Assembly (NCBI GenBank): GCA_902514805.1
Contig: CABXSF010000001.1
Span: 14,757-78,756, forward strand
Length of the DNA stretch: 64,000 nucleotides
Source: an uncultured Pelagibacteraceae bacterium
Lineage (GTDB): Bacteria > Pseudomonadota > Alphaproteobacteria > Pelagibacterales > Pelagibacteraceae
Direction of reading: 5' to 3'
A program made the translations under genes and the position numbers. This document shows, piece by piece, positions 21,243-32,526 of this stretch (position 1 is the first letter of the stretch; the number at the start of each line of letters is the position of its first letter). A model generated the notes under the pieces. That model was not told where the DNA came from. It was given only the letters and a program-made list of their open reading frames with translations, and searched no databases.

Positions 21243-22931
21243 ATGACATTTGAAAAAAAAATTAATGATCTAATACCTCTATTTAATAACAAACAATACG
21301 GGAAACTAATTTTCGAGATAGAGAGTAATTTTGACGAAAAAGAAATGAACAGCCAAGTTTTATTAATTTTAGGATTGGCTAGAATGAGATCGCTAGGTCG
21401 TAAGCTTAAAGATATTTTGCTAGCTGCACAAAATTTCAAACAAGGCTACACTTTAGATAAAAAAAGTAAAATCGGATTAGAATGTTTAAGATACTATTTT
21501 TATAGCGTTAGTGAAAAAGTAGAACTAGATAATACTCTATCTCCAACAGAATATGCTGAAGTTAAAAAATTTTTTTTTGAGGCAAAATCTATGTTGAATT
21601 ACGACGAAAAACTGTATCATGCTATGTCATTATTGAGTTTCAAAAGCACAAATGTAGAGTTTAGACAAGAAATTTTAAAAAAACTTATAGATAAAAACTG
21701 TTCAAAGGAAAAAAATTTAATTATTTTCGAGTATATTTATAATAACAATTATAGATATAACTGGTCACAAAGGGACTTTTTTAATTTTACCGATACAATA
21801 AAAGAAAAACTACCTCATATTAAATTATCCAAAATTGAGGTAACAAAAAAAAAAAAGTTTAAAATTGGTTTTGTCTCATCAAATATGGGTGGAAATCATT
21901 CAGTCACATATTTCATTAAAGATTTGTTAGATTATAAAAATGAGAACTTTGAAACTCATATTTTTTCTGATATTGATGAAAAAAGGGAAGATGATACAAC
22001 AAAAATTATTAAGGCTAAAGTTGACTTTTTTCACAATATTTCAAGCAAGAATAATAGTGAATTTGCGAGTTTTTTAAGATCAATAGATATTGATATATTA
22101 ATTGATCTTAATGGATACGTGGGGAAGGGGAGAATTGAAATTTTTAATTCTAGAGTTTGTAAATTACAAATATCTTGGCTAGGTTATAACAATACCATAG
22201 GTTTAAATCATAGTGATTATTTAATTGCAGATAAAAATTTAATATTTGAAAAGGAAAAAGATCTTTATCGAGAAAAAATTATTTATCTTAATGAAATCTG
22301 GAGTTCCCATTCAGGATTAAATATTGAGAGAAACTACAACCAGTTGCCATCGCAAATTAGTGACATTTTCACATTAGGTTCTTTCAATAATTACTCGAAA
22401 ATATCAGATGATACCGTTGAAGTTTGGTCAGAAATACTGAAAAAAATTGATAATAGTAGGCTTGTATTAAAATCATCTGTTTCACACTCTGAAATTCATT
22501 TTATAAAGTTATTTGAGAAGAAAGGAGTATTGAATAAAGTTATCTTTAAAAACAGATCAAAGAACTTTGAGGATCATATCAAACTTTATAAAGATATAGA
22601 TCTTTGTTTGGATACTTTTCCCTATACTGGTGTAACAACAACATGTGAAGCTTTATGGATGAATGTACCAGTTATAAGTTTAGCAGGATTTAACTTCAAT
22701 TCTAGATGTGGAGAAAGTATTTTAATTAATTCTGATTTAAAAGATTTGGTTGCTAAGAATAAAGATGATTATATTTCTAAAGTAGTATCATTAGCCAACG
22801 ACACAAATAAGTTAAAAAAAATCCGAAAATTTATTTTTGAAGAAGTTTTGAAAACCAATACCTTTAACACAAAGAAATTTGCAGCTAATTTTTGGAAATC
22901 AATTCTAGACACCTATACAAATCATAAATAG
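21243..22931 (+). CDS. GT41 / SPINDLY-like protein glycosyltransferase (copy 2)
   Basis: KIGFVS....NHSVTYF, IDILIDL.G, LQISWLGY.NT.G, GSFNN.SKI, DLCLDTFPYTG.TTTCEALWM.VPV, SRCG.SIL. Confidence 0.88.
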   Translation: MTFEKKINDLIPLFNNKQYGKLIFEIESNFDEKEMNSQVLLILGLARMRSLGRKLKDILLAAQNFKQGYTLDKKSKIGLECLRYYFYSVSEKVELDNTLSPTEYAEVKKFFFEAKSMLNYDEKLYHAMSLLSFKSTNVEFRQEILKKLIDKNCSKEKNLIIFEYIYNNNYRYNWSQRDFFNFTDTIKEKLPHIKLSKIEVTKKKKFKIGFVSSNMGGNHSVTYFIKDLLDYKNENFETHIFSDIDEKREDDTTKIIKAKVDFFHNISSKNNSEFASFLRSIDIDILIDLNGYVGKGRIEIFNSRVCKLQISWLGYNNTIGLNHSDYLIADKNLIFEKEKDLYREKIIYLNEIWSSHSGLNIERNYNQLPSQISDIFTLGSFNNYSKISDDTVEVWSEILKKIDNSRLVLKSSVSHSEIHFIKLFEKKGVLNKVIFKNRSKNFEDHIKLYKDIDLCLDTFPYTGVTTTCEALWMNVPVISLAGFNFNSRCGESILINSDLKDLVAKNKDDYISKVVSLANDTNKLKKIRKFIFEEVLKTNTFNTKKFAANFWKSILDTYTNHK

Positions 22932-22950
22932 ACTTAAAACTTAAAAAAAT

Positions 22951-24283
22951 ATGACGATATGTGCACTATCAACAGGAATAGGAGCTTCAGGGGTCGCTAT
23001 TATTCGAATTTCTGGCCCGGAGACTAGTTTTCTCATTAAGTCTCTAACAAATAAGGCACTACCGAAGCCTAGGGAGGCAACCCTTCTAGAATTAAACAAT
23101 ATCAATAATTCTAGACCAATTGATCAAGGGATAGTTTTATGGTTTCCGGGTCCAAAAAGCTATACAGGTGAAGATATGGCTGAATTACATGTTCATGGGA
23201 GTAAAGCAGTAGTCAAAGAACTACAAGAAACAATTATAAGCACAAAAAAATGTAGATTAGCGGAACCAGGGGAGTTTACCAAGCTAGCATTTTTAAATGG
23301 TAAGATAAATTTGTTACAAGCAGAGGCGATAGGCGATCTAATAGCAGCAGAAACAGAAATTCAAATGGAACAAGCCCAAAATATTATAAAAGGTAAATCT
23401 TTTTTAAAATTCAATGAGCTTAGAGAGAATTTAATCAAAATTTTGTCAAAAATTGAGGCAAAGATAGACTTCCCAGAAGAAGATTTACCCTCTAATGTTC
23501 TTGATGATGTTAAAAAAGATGTTTCTATTATTGAGAATGAAATTAAAAAAATATTATTAAGTTATGAAGTAGGAGAAAAAATTAGATCAGGTTACAAAAT
23601 CGCTATAGTCGGACCCCCCAACTCTGGTAAATCAACCTTAATGAATTATTTAAGCAAAAGAAATGTAGCAATAATATCTGATATTGCCGGAACCACTAGA
23701 GATGTATTACAAACTAATCTAAACTTTTACGGTTACCCAGTTATAATTTCTGACACCGCAGGGATTAGAGATTCAAAAGATGTGATTGAGAAAGAAGGTA
23801 TTAAACTTGCTTTCAAAAAAAGCAGAAGAAGCTGACCTTAGAATAGTCGTTATTGAGCCTAAAAACGTTGATTTCTATGGTTTTTTAAACGATCTATTTA
23901 ACAAGAACACTATTTTGGTTATTAATAAATCTGACCTTAATGAATTTGATGTGAAGGATAGACTTAACAAGTATGATCCAATTTCTGTATCTTTTCTTAA
24001 AGAAAAAAATATAGATGAATTATTAAACCGAATTAAAAAAAATTTAATTAGAGATATGAAGTTTAATGATGATGTTTTTGTAACTAGAGAGAGACATAAA
24101 AATAATCTAAAGGAGTGCTTAATAAACTTGCAAAACTTTAAAGACAAAACTGAGTCTTTAGATTTTGACAAAGGCGCAGAAGATCTTAGATTAGCACAAG
24201 TCAGTTTAGGCAAAATTGTTGGAAAAGTTGACGTAGAGGCCATATTAGGTAGTATTTTCAATGATTTCTGTATCGGTAAATAA
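22951..24283 (+). CDS. mnmE: tRNA modification GTPase MnmE, split by a one-base frameshift at the A7 run 23815-23821
   Basis: ORF 22951-23835 has P.SYTGED, AEPGEFT, GPPNSGKS, GTTRD and DTAG; ORF 23786-24283 has NKSD and the C-terminal FCIGK. Removing one A gives ...AFKK-AEEADL... as one continuous frame. Confidence 0.93.
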
Positions 24284-24399
24284 ATTCAATTTTCCTTGAT
24301 TTTTTGCATCTTTTTAAACAAAATCGTTGGTATTAGCCAACTTTGAAGGGTTTTTTGGTTATAACTTGTAAAATTTGTCATCAACTATAAATTCTAAGC

Positions 24400-26271
24400 A
24401 TGAAAAATAATTTTTCATTTGATGTTGTTGTAATTGGTGGTGGTCATGCTGGTTGTGAAGCTGCTGCAGCATCCGCACGTATCGGCGTTAAGACTGCATT
24501 ATTTACAAACGATACTAACACTATTGGTGAGATGTCTTGTAACCCTGCAATCGGAGGGCTTGGTAAAGGGCACTTAGTAAGAGAAATAGATGCTTTAGAT
24601 GGTGTTATGGGAGACATAGCTGATAAATCTGGCATTCAATTTAGACTTTTAAATAGGAGCAGAGGACCAGCTGTACAAGGACTGCGCACTCAAAGTGATA
24701 GGTCTATTTATAAAAAAGAAATGCAATATAAACTTCTAAACTATTGTAATTTAAGCATATTTTCGATGTCAATAAATGAATTTATAATTAAAAATAACGA
24801 GATAAAAGGTCTTAAAACATCAGATGGCACAGAAATTAAATGTTCTAAGGTAATTCTAACAACAGGCACTTTTTTAAACGGTTTGATACATATAGGTGAT
24901 AAAAGAACGCCAGCTGGTAGGTATGACGAAAAACCGACGCTAGGTTTATCTGATCAGTTAAGAAAATATGATTTTAAATTAGGTAGACTAAAGACCGGAA
25001 CTCCTCCTAGGTTAGACGGTACTACAATTAATTATGATAATCTTGAACGACAAGATGCAGATAAAGATATCTCTTTTTTTTCTTTTTTAACTAAGAAAGT
25101 TTATAACGAGCAAATCTCATGTAGTATGACATACACAAATGAAAAAGTTCACGAGATTATTTCTAAAAATTTAAAAAAGAGTGCAATGTATTCTGGAAGT
25201 ATAAAGGGTGTTGGTCCTAGATATTGTCCATCTATTGAAGATAAAATTTATAAATTTAAAGACAAAACTAGACATCAGATCTTTTTAGAACCTGAAGGTC
25301 TTAAAGATAATACAGTGTACCCAAATGGTATTTCCACATCACTTCCAGAAGAGATACAATATAAAATATGTCATAATATCAATGGTTTAGAAGATGTCAA
25401 AATCATAAGGCCTGGATATGCTATAGAATATGATTACGTAGACCCTAGAGAGCTTTTTTTAACTTTAGAGACTAAGAAGATTAAAAATTTTTATTTAGCA
25501 GGACAAATAAATGGAACTACAGGTTATGAAGAAGCAGCAGCACAAGGTTTGATTGCTGGGGCTAATGCAGCGTTATCGATTCAAAATAAAGAACCATTAA
25601 TTTTAGATAGATCTCAAGCTTATATCGGTGTCATGATAGATGATCTAGTAACTAAAGGAGTAGCAGAGCCATATAGAATGTTTACATCTAGAGCTGAATA
25701 TCGATTAACTCTTAGATCTGATAATGCCGATTTGAGATTGACTGATATAGGAATTAAGATCGGTCTAGTATCTAATGAAAGGGCTGAGGTCTTTAATGTT
25801 AAAAGCAGATACTTAAAAAATATTTCATTAAAAATGGATAATTTAAAAATCTCACCCTCAAAGGTATCCAAATTCAGTGTAAAAATTGCAAAAGACGGTA
25901 TTTTAAGGACTGCTAGCAATATACTAGCTCAAAAAGGTGTGACTATGGACAAAATTAGGGAAATTTGGCCTGAATTGACCTTTATATCTAAAGATATAGA
26001 TGAACAATTGGAGACGAATGCCCATTACAAGGGTTATCTAAAGAAGCAAAATGCTGATATATTGGCTTTTAAAAGAGATGAAAATCTTAAAATCCCAGAT
26101 AACATTAATTATGATAGTTTTCCTGGGTTTTCCAACGAGGTCAAATCAAAATTCAAGCAAATTAAGCCAAAAACAATGGGTCAAGCACTCAGAATTGACG
26201 GTATAACTCCAGCGGCAGTATTTATTCTGTTGTCACATCTAAAAAGAAAGTCTATTAAGAAGATAGCTTGA
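24400..26271 (+). CDS. mnmG: tRNA uridine-5-carboxymethylaminomethyl modification enzyme MnmG (GidA)
   Basis: [64 protein letters not shown]. Confidence 0.98.
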   Translation: MKNNFSFDVVVIGGGHAGCEAAAASARIGVKTALFTNDTNTIGEMSCNPAIGGLGKGHLVREIDALDGVMGDIADKSGIQFRLLNRSRGPAVQGLRTQSDRSIYKKEMQYKLLNYCNLSIFSMSINEFIIKNNEIKGLKTSDGTEIKCSKVILTTGTFLNGLIHIGDKRTPAGRYDEKPTLGLSDQLRKYDFKLGRLKTGTPPRLDGTTINYDNLERQDADKDISFFSFLTKKVYNEQISCSMTYTNEKVHEIISKNLKKSAMYSGSIKGVGPRYCPSIEDKIYKFKDKTRHQIFLEPEGLKDNTVYPNGISTSLPEEIQYKICHNINGLEDVKIIRPGYAIEYDYVDPRELFLTLETKKIKNFYLAGQINGTTGYEEAAAQGLIAGANAALSIQNKEPLILDRSQAYIGVMIDDLVTKGVAEPYRMFTSRAEYRLTLRSDNADLRLTDIGIKIGLVSNERAEVFNVKSRYLKNISLKMDNLKISPSKVSKFSVKIAKDGILRTASNILAQKGVTMDKIREIWPELTFISKDIDEQLETNAHYKGYLKKQNADILAFKRDENLKIPDNINYDSFPGFSNEVKSKFKQIKPKTMGQALRIDGITPAAVFILLSHLKRKSIKKIA

Positions 26272-26906
26272 TAGATTCGCATAAAATTGATTACTCAAAA
26301 CTAGACACTTTGAATGTTTCACGTGAAACATTTCTTGAATTAGATGAATTTAAAGAAATGATTTTGGATGAGAATAAAAAAATTAATTTAATTAGCCAAC
26401 ATACTGAGGAATTAGCCAGAGATAGACATATAATTGACTGCGCACAAATTATTGATTTAATTGATGAAAATCACCTATCTTGCACTGATCTAGGCTCTGG
26501 CTCAGGTTTGCCTGGTTTAGTTATAGCTATAATCAAAAAAAAACAAAAATCGAAGATGAAATTTTTTCTTTACGAAAAAAGTTTTAAAAAAAGCAATTTT
26601 TTAAAAAAAGTTATTAATAAATTCGAACTAAACGTTAAAGTAATAAATCAAAATATCTTCGATCAAAAAAAATTAAACTCTGATTTGATTGTAGCAAGGG
26701 CATTTAAACCTTTACCGGTTATTTTAGATTTAGTATCGAAAAATTTCGATAATTTTAAAGACATCATTTTGTTTTTAGGAAAAAGTGGAAAGAGTTCTAT
26801 TGAGCAAAGTTTAAAAAAGTGGAATTTAGAATTTATAGAAAAAAAAAGCTTAACAGAAAAAGACTCAATCATAATTAAGATAAATAAAGTGAGTAAAAAA
26901 AAATGA
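26268..26906 (+). CDS. rsmG: 16S rRNA m7G527 methyltransferase RsmG (GidB)
   Basis: INLIS, RHI.D, DLGSG.GLPG, ARA; lies between mnmG and parA. TTG start. Confidence 0.93.
   Translation: MIDSHKIDYSKLDTLNVSRETFLELDEFKEMILDENKKINLISQHTEELARDRHIIDCAQIIDLIDENHLSCTDLGSGSGLPGLVIAIIKKKQKSKMKFFLYEKSFKKSNFLKKVINKFELNVKVINQNIFDQKKLNSDLIVARAFKPLPVILDLVSKNFDNFKDIILFLGKSGKSSIEQSLKKWNLEFIEKKSLTEKDSIIIKINKVSKKK
26315..26330. promoter_or_regulatory. parS: parS centromere site inside rsmG
   Basis: Perfect 16-bp palindrome TGTTTCACGTGAAACA, the canonical ParB-binding consensus, about 570 bp upstream of parA. Confidence 0.95.
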
Positions 26907-27703
26907 AAGAAAAAATTATTTCAGTTATTAATCAAAAGGGCGGTGTTGGAAAAACGACGACCGTAATAAATTTAGCTGCAGGACTTAGTTTAAATGGAAA
27001 AAAAATACTAGTTATAGATTTGGATCCACAAGGAAATGCAACAACGGGATTAGGTTTGTCTAATGTAGCAGATACTAGCAAATCAATTTATGGAGTTTTG
27101 AATGGAAAAGAGGAGATTCAAAGTTCAATTCAAAAGACGAACTTTCAAAATTTAGATATCGTAACATCAAATGTAGATTTATCTGGTTTGGAGGTTGAAA
27201 CCGCAGATGACCAAAATAGAGCGTATCTTTTAAAGACTAAATTAACAGCATATTTAAACAATTCTAGCCACTCATACGACTACGTCTTGATTGATTGTCC
27301 GCCTTCTTTAAGCTTATTAACCGTAATGGCTTTGGTGGCATCAGACTCATTAGTTGTGCCTTTACAGACAGAATTTTTTGCCCTTGAAGGGATAACTCAG
27401 CTTATTAAAACTATAGATCGTATTAAGGTCGGCCTTAATCCAAATTTATTTGTAAGAGGAATATTGTTAACGATGTATGACAAAAGAAACAGACTATCTG
27501 CACAAGTTGAAACAGATGCAAGAGATTATTTTAAAGAAAAAGTCTATCAAACAGTAGTTCCTAGAAATGTCCGTTTATCAGAAGCACCCTCACATGGGGT
27601 TCCTGTTTTAATATATGATAAACAATGTCCAGGAAGTAAATCTTATATTAAATTTACAGAGGAGTTTTTGGCTCAAGAATCGAGTTTCGTAACGGCAGCA
27701 TGA
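26903..27703 (+). CDS. parA: Chromosome partitioning ATPase ParA
   Basis: NQKGGVGKTTT, DLDPQGNA, DCPPSL, PRNVRLSEAPSHG. Confidence 0.97.
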   Translation: MKEKIISVINQKGGVGKTTTVINLAAGLSLNGKKILVIDLDPQGNATTGLGLSNVADTSKSIYGVLNGKEEIQSSIQKTNFQNLDIVTSNVDLSGLEVETADDQNRAYLLKTKLTAYLNNSSHSYDYVLIDCPPSLSLLTVMALVASDSLVVPLQTEFFALEGITQLIKTIDRIKVGLNPNLFVRGILLTMYDKRNRLSAQVETDARDYFKEKVYQTVVPRNVRLSEAPSHGVPVLIYDKQCPGSKSYIKFTEEFLAQESSFVTAA

Positions 27704-28545
27704 GCAGTATTTTTAAAAATAAAAAAGGTCTAGGAAGAGGATTGTCTTCTTTAATAGGGGATACAAAAACAGTTTCAAAAAACAATAAAATTTCTGTTAG
27801 TGATTTAATTAGAAATAGATATCAACCAAGAAAAACATTTGACGAAAAAAGCTTGGAGGAGTTAACTAATTCAATTAAGTCTAGAGGTATCATTCAGCCA
27901 ATTATTGTTAGGCCATCAAGTGGAAATAAATATGAGATAATTGCAGGAGAGAGAAGGTGGTTGGCAGCCCAAAGAGCGGGTTTGCATGAGGTGCCAGTAG
28001 TTGTTGTTGATGCTGACGATAAAAAAGCTCTTGAGTTTGGTATAGTTGAAAATGTTCAAAGACATGATTTAAATTCAATAGAGGAAGCAGAAGGTTATAA
28101 AAGGTTGATCGATGAGTTTAGCTATGACCAAGAACAAGTTGCTAAATTTATTGGTAAAAGTAGAAGTCATATCACTAATAGTTTAAGACTTTTAACACTA
28201 TCAAGTTATATAACTGATTTGATAAAAATTAATAAGATTTCCCCGGGTCATGCCAAAATTTTAGTTGGACTTAGTAATTCAGATCAAATTGCAAAAAAAA
28301 TAATAAAAAAAAATCTTTCTGTAAGACAAACGGAAAATCTTGTTAGACTTTACAAGTCTCCAACTAAATCAATTAAAACATCAAAGGACCCTAACATTAA
28401 AAAAATTGAGACAGATCTTATGGAAAAGATAGGTCTCAAAACTCAAATAACAAATAAGAAAAATAATAAAGGGTCCGTAACTTTTGATTATAGAGATTTA
28501 GACCAACTTAATCGGTTGATAGAAATTATTAAGAAATATTACTAA
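27700..28545 (+). CDS. parB: Chromosome partitioning protein ParB
   Basis: GLGRGL, QPRK.F, GERR.RA-type box, ENVQR.DL, GKSRSHI.N.LRLL HTH. Confidence 0.97.
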   Translation: MSSIFKNKKGLGRGLSSLIGDTKTVSKNNKISVSDLIRNRYQPRKTFDEKSLEELTNSIKSRGIIQPIIVRPSSGNKYEIIAGERRWLAAQRAGLHEVPVVVVDADDKKALEFGIVENVQRHDLNSIEEAEGYKRLIDEFSYDQEQVAKFIGKSRSHITNSLRLLTLSSYITDLIKINKISPGHAKILVGLSNSDQIAKKIIKKNLSVRQTENLVRLYKSPTKSIKTSKDPNIKKIETDLMEKIGLKTQITNKKNNKGSVTFDYRDLDQLNRLIEIIKKYY

Positions 28546-29528
28546 CTGTTATTTGAAGTTTCGTAAATTAAATTAAAAACTAGCATTAAACTAATTGAAC
28601 TGTTTTTTTTTATGAAAATCTCAGTTTTATTAATATTCATAATCAAATCCTTAATTTTTGATTTCGACCAACACTCAAGTTGTTTTTTTATTATTGGTTT
28701 ATCCTTCCAAAAAATTGGAGGGGTATAATTATTTATTAAACTATCAAAACTTAAATTCTGATTATGTTTTTCGTAGAGGCTAAGTAATCTTTTTGCTTTT
28801 TGTAGAAATGTTCTTAAAATTAATATTCCATCTTCTGATTTATAATTACTTTCATCGAGAATCTCAGAAGTTTTTTTTGTATTTTTTGATAAAGATGTAT
28901 CTACAAGTTCGTTAATGCTAAAGTTTTCAGATAGATTTGTTAACCTAAATATTTCTTCTAAATTTATATTTTTTTTATCTTGTATATATATAAGAATTTT
29001 GTCCAATTCAGATTTTAAATGACCTCTGTCTCCGTTACATCTATTTACGAGAAGATTAATTGTTTCTTGTGAAATGCTTATTTTGTAATTATTAAAAAAT
29101 TTTTTTGCAATTTCCATTAAACTAAGAGAAGTGTCTTTATAGATTGGTATTATTATTAACTTTGAACTTTTTTCAAATAAGTTTCTTAACTTAGATTTTT
29201 TCTCTAGAGAATACGCATTTAATATTATTTTAGTATCCAAAGAAACTCTTTCAGTTATACTCTCAATAATCTCATAAATTTTTTCTGAACATCTATTAAT
29301 AACAATTATTTTTTCTTTTTCGAAAAGAGATTGATTTAGTAACTTTTCATAAAACAATTCTTTATTATTTATAATTTGAGTTTCATCGAACTTCTCAAGA
29401 ATTCCACTTAATTTTTTTTTAAGGATTTCAACAATTTCATTCTTCAAACCCTCGTTTTCTCCATAAACCAAAAAAATGTTTTGTTTATCGAATTTCTTCT
29501 TACTAATTTCGAAGCTTTTAATTATCAT
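28542..29528 (-). CDS. holA: DNA polymerase III delta subunit
   Basis: LVYGEN.G, SLF, L.KKSKLR, GD...L..EL.K, PPIFWK; follows leuS-lptE. Confidence 0.88.
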   Translation of the reverse strand: MIIKSFEISKKKFDKQNIFLVYGENEGLKNEIVEILKKKLSGILEKFDETQIINNKELFYEKLLNQSLFEKEKIIVINRCSEKIYEIIESITERVSLDTKIILNAYSLEKKSKLRNLFEKSSKLIIIPIYKDTSLSLMEIAKKFFNNYKISISQETINLLVNRCNGDRGHLKSELDKILIYIQDKKNINLEEIFRLTNLSENFSINELVDTSLSKNTKKTSEILDESNYKSEDGILILRTFLQKAKRLLSLYEKHNQNLSFDSLINNYTPPIFWKDKPIIKKQLECWSKSKIKDLIMNINKTEIFIKKNSSISLMLVFNLIYETSNNS

Positions 29529-29983
29529 TCTAACGTGCCTAATAAAAAGATGATATCATTTGAAATTTTGTTGTATAGATTATTAATAATATTACTTTCG
29601 TATTGAGCCATAGTAAATTTATCACTTTGCACATCGTAGTTAAATTCTTCATTAAAATTTTTAGTATTAAGTATATTATCTTTTTCATCTTTCACCCTTA
29701 AATTTACCATAATAGATAATTTTTTCTTTGAAGGATCACCTTTGTTATCTTTAAGTACAGTTTCGATTCTCTCTTTATAATCAAATTCTATTTTTACCTT
29801 CCGTACTGCTTCTTGATTTGAAAGTGACATTACCATTTGTTCAATAGCAAATGAATTTTTATTTTTATTTATGTTTATAATTTCAATAACTCGAAAATTA
29901 CTTTCTTTAGAACTGTAAATGGGTTTAAATCCACAACCACTCAATAAAATAGATAAAATTACAATTGATACGAATGATTTCAT
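29525..29983 (-). CDS. lptE: LPS assembly lipoprotein LptE family
   Basis: Lipobox LLSGC followed by GFKPIY; leuS-lptE-holA synteny. Confidence 0.8.
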   Translation of the reverse strand: MKSFVSIVILSILLSGCGFKPIYSSKESNFRVIEIININKNKNSFAIEQMVMSLSNQEAVRKVKIEFDYKERIETVLKDNKGDPSKKKLSIMVNLRVKDEKDNILNTKNFNEEFNYDVQSDKFTMAQYESNIINNLYNKISNDIIFLLGTLE

Positions 29984-32517
29984 TTTACTATTAAATTTAC
30001 CAGCTTATTTTTAATAATTATATGTTTAAAAACACTCTTCTTTTGTAGAAAATTCGAAATTTTTTTATCTTTTTTTACATTTTCTAAAAGAATTTTTTCA
30101 TCCAGATTTTTTTCAATTTTGATTAAAGATTTTTTTCTACCATTAATTTGTATCACTATATTTACGTGTTTATCTTCTAAGAATTCTTTTTGAGCCAAAG
30201 GCCAAGCAATTTTATTATCTTTTTTGATGTCTTTTAAACACTCCGATACTAAATGAGGCAAAACTGGAAACATCAAAACGAGTATTTTTGAATAATTTTC
30301 TTCTAGATCTTTTATATCGAATTTATCGATTTCTTTACTTAAAAAGTTATAGGTTTCGTGCAGGTAGGCTATCAATACATTCATATTAAATTTTTCTAAG
30401 CTGAATGTATACTTTTCAATCAATTTATTTGTATAAATAGCAAGATCATTATTTTTACTCTTTCTCTCTTTATTCTTTATCTGTTCAATAATTTTTTTAT
30501 GCAATATCCAAAACTTTTGTACAAATTTATAAGCTGCTATCATTCCCTGATCTGACCACTGCACATCTTTTTCAGGTGGACTGTCAGATAGAATAAAAAA
30601 TCTAACAGCATCGGCACCGTATTGATCTATAATCTTTTCAGGATCGATAATGTTTTTTTTTGATTTTGACATTGACTCAGACGCCCCAACCATAATTTTC
30701 CTCTTATCTTTTATTTTAAAAAAGTCTTTTCCATTCTCTGTAAAAACTTCATCTGGGCTCACCCATTTATTATTTTCATCTTTATAAGTTTCATGACACA
30801 CCATGCCCTGGGTAAATAAACCTTGGAATGGCTCTGTTGAAATAAAATCTTTTTTTTGAAAACTTAAAGCTTGCATAAAAAATCTTGAATATAATAAATG
30901 TAAAATTGCATGTTCTACGCCACCTATATATTGATCAACTGGCATCCAGTATTTTATATCTTCTTCATTAAAACCATAAGTGGTATTTTCTGTTGAACAA
31001 AATCGTAAAAAATACCAAGAAGAGTCTACGAAGGTATCGAGTGTATCGGTTTCTAAAGTATATTTTTTTCCTTCTATTTTAATTTCTTTCCAGTTTTTTT
31101 GATGATCTAAAGGGTTACCTTTTGTATTGAGGTTTATTTTTTCTGGCAGTTTAATTGGCAGCATATCTTTTGGAACTTTAAAAATATTTCCATCTTTATC
31201 ATATGCAATAGGTATAGGGCATCCCCAATATCTTTGACGTGATATACCCCAATCTTTTAATCTAAAGTTAATTTTTTTATTTCCTAATTTTTTTTCTGTT
31301 AAATAATTAATACTTTTTTCAATTGCTTCTCCGGGTGTTTTAAGACCATTTAAAAAGGATGAATTTATCATAAAGCCATCCTCAATAAAGGCTTCATCTT
31401 TAACTTGAAAATCATTACTTTTATCCTTTGGCCTGACAACAGTTTTAATATTTAATTTGTATTTTTTTGCAAATTCAAAATCACGTTGATCATGAGCAGG
31501 GCATCCGAAGACAGCACCAAAACCATAATCCATCAGCACAAAATTAGCAAAATAAACTGGAACTTTCATTTTTGGATCCAAAGGATTTAAAGCTTTAAGA
31601 TTTGTTTTAAATCCAATCTTTTCAGCTTGAGCGATAGACTCTTCCGTTGTCCCAGTTTTTGAACACTCACTTCTAAATTTTTGAAATTGTAAATCGTTTT
31701 CATAATGTTTAGATAAAGGATGGTCCACAGATAAGGCTAAAAAAGAAAAACCAAATAAAGTGTCAGGTCTTGTAGTAAAGCATTTAATATATTCCACTGG
31801 AAGATCTCCCTCAATTTTAAAATCAATTTCACAACCAAATGACTTTCCAATCCAGTTCTTTTGCATGGTTTTTACTTTATTTGGCCATTCTGACAAATCA
31901 TCTAAACCATCTAGTAATTGTTCAGAAAACTTTGAAATATTAAAGAACCATTGATTTAGCTTTTTCCTTTCAACTTGTGCACCAGATCTCCATCCTTTAC
32001 CATCGATAACTTGTTCATTAGCAAGAACTGTTTGATCCACAGGATCCCAATTAACATAATTTTCCTTTCGATATACTAAACCTTTATCGTATAACTCTAA
32101 AAAAAAAAGTTGTTGGTGTTTATAATAGTCTGGAGAACAGGTGGATATTTCTCTGTCCCAGTCTATTGAAAGGCCTAATTTTTTAAGTTGTTTTTTCATT
32201 GTAGTGATATTTTTTTTCGTCCATTCTTTTGGATCTAAATTATTTTCTCTTGCTGCATTTTCAGCTGGCATACCAAACGAGTCCCACCCCATAGGATGAA
32301 GAACATTAAAATCTTGTAACTTTTTAAATCTAGCTAATACATCTCCTATTGTATAATTTCTTACATGTCCCATATGAATCTTTCCAGATGGATAAGGAAA
32401 CATTTCTAAACAATAAAACTTTTTTTTGTCTTTTTTAATACTTGACTTAAAAGTTTTGTTTGTGTCCCAAAACTTTTGCCACTTTTCTTCTGTTGATTTG
32501 AAGTTATATCTATCCAC
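29980..32517 (-). CDS. leuS: Leucine--tRNA ligase
   Basis: [50 protein letters not shown] start. Confidence 0.98.
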   Translation of the reverse strand: MDRYNFKSTEEKWQKFWDTNKTFKSSIKKDKKKFYCLEMFPYPSGKIHMGHVRNYTIGDVLARFKKLQDFNVLHPMGWDSFGMPAENAARENNLDPKEWTKKNITTMKKQLKKLGLSIDWDREISTCSPDYYKHQQLFFLELYDKGLVYRKENYVNWDPVDQTVLANEQVIDGKGWRSGAQVERKKLNQWFFNISKFSEQLLDGLDDLSEWPNKVKTMQKNWIGKSFGCEIDFKIEGDLPVEYIKCFTTRPDTLFGFSFLALSVDHPLSKHYENDLQFQKFRSECSKTGTTEESIAQAEKIGFKTNLKALNPLDPKMKVPVYFANFVLMDYGFGAVFGCPAHDQRDFEFAKKYKLNIKTVVRPKDKSNDFQVKDEAFIEDGFMINSSFLNGLKTPGEAIEKSINYLTEKKLGNKKINFRLKDWGISRQRYWGCPIPIAYDKDGNIFKVPKDMLPIKLPEKINLNTKGNPLDHQKNWKEIKIEGKKYTLETDTLDTFVDSSWYFLRFCSTENTTYGFNEEDIKYWMPVDQYIGGVEHAILHLLYSRFFMQALSFQKKDFISTEPFQGLFTQGMVCHETYKDENNKWVSPDEVFTENGKDFFKIKDKRKIMVGASESMSKSKKNIIDPEKIIDQYGADAVRFFILSDSPPEKDVQWSDQGMIAAYKFVQKFWILHKKIIEQIKNKERKSKNNDLAIYTNKLIEKYTFSLEKFNMNVLIAYLHETYNFLSKEIDKFDIKDLEENYSKILVLMFPVLPHLVSECLKDIKKDNKIAWPLAQKEFLEDKHVNIVIQINGRKKSLIKIEKNLDEKILLENVKKDKKISNFLQKKSVFKHIIIKNKLVNLIVK

Positions 32518-32526
32518 CTGAAAAAA

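Noticed and set aside
20449-22129. KOPS-like GGGAAGGG octamers (minus strand 20449-20456, plus strand 22122-22129)
   Set aside because: Opposite orientations on the same replichore and only two instances noticed; no polarity signal.
18582-22950. GT41/sulfotransferase block as a mobile element or prophage
   Set aside because: No integrase, transposase, att or terminal repeats, or tRNA target; composition resembles the flanks.
23814-23822. A-AAA-AAG-like slippery heptamer at the mnmE break as a programmed -1 frameshift
   Set aside because: The downstream half is in the +1 frame, so dnaX-type -1 frameshifting would not restore it, and no stimulatory hairpin was seen.
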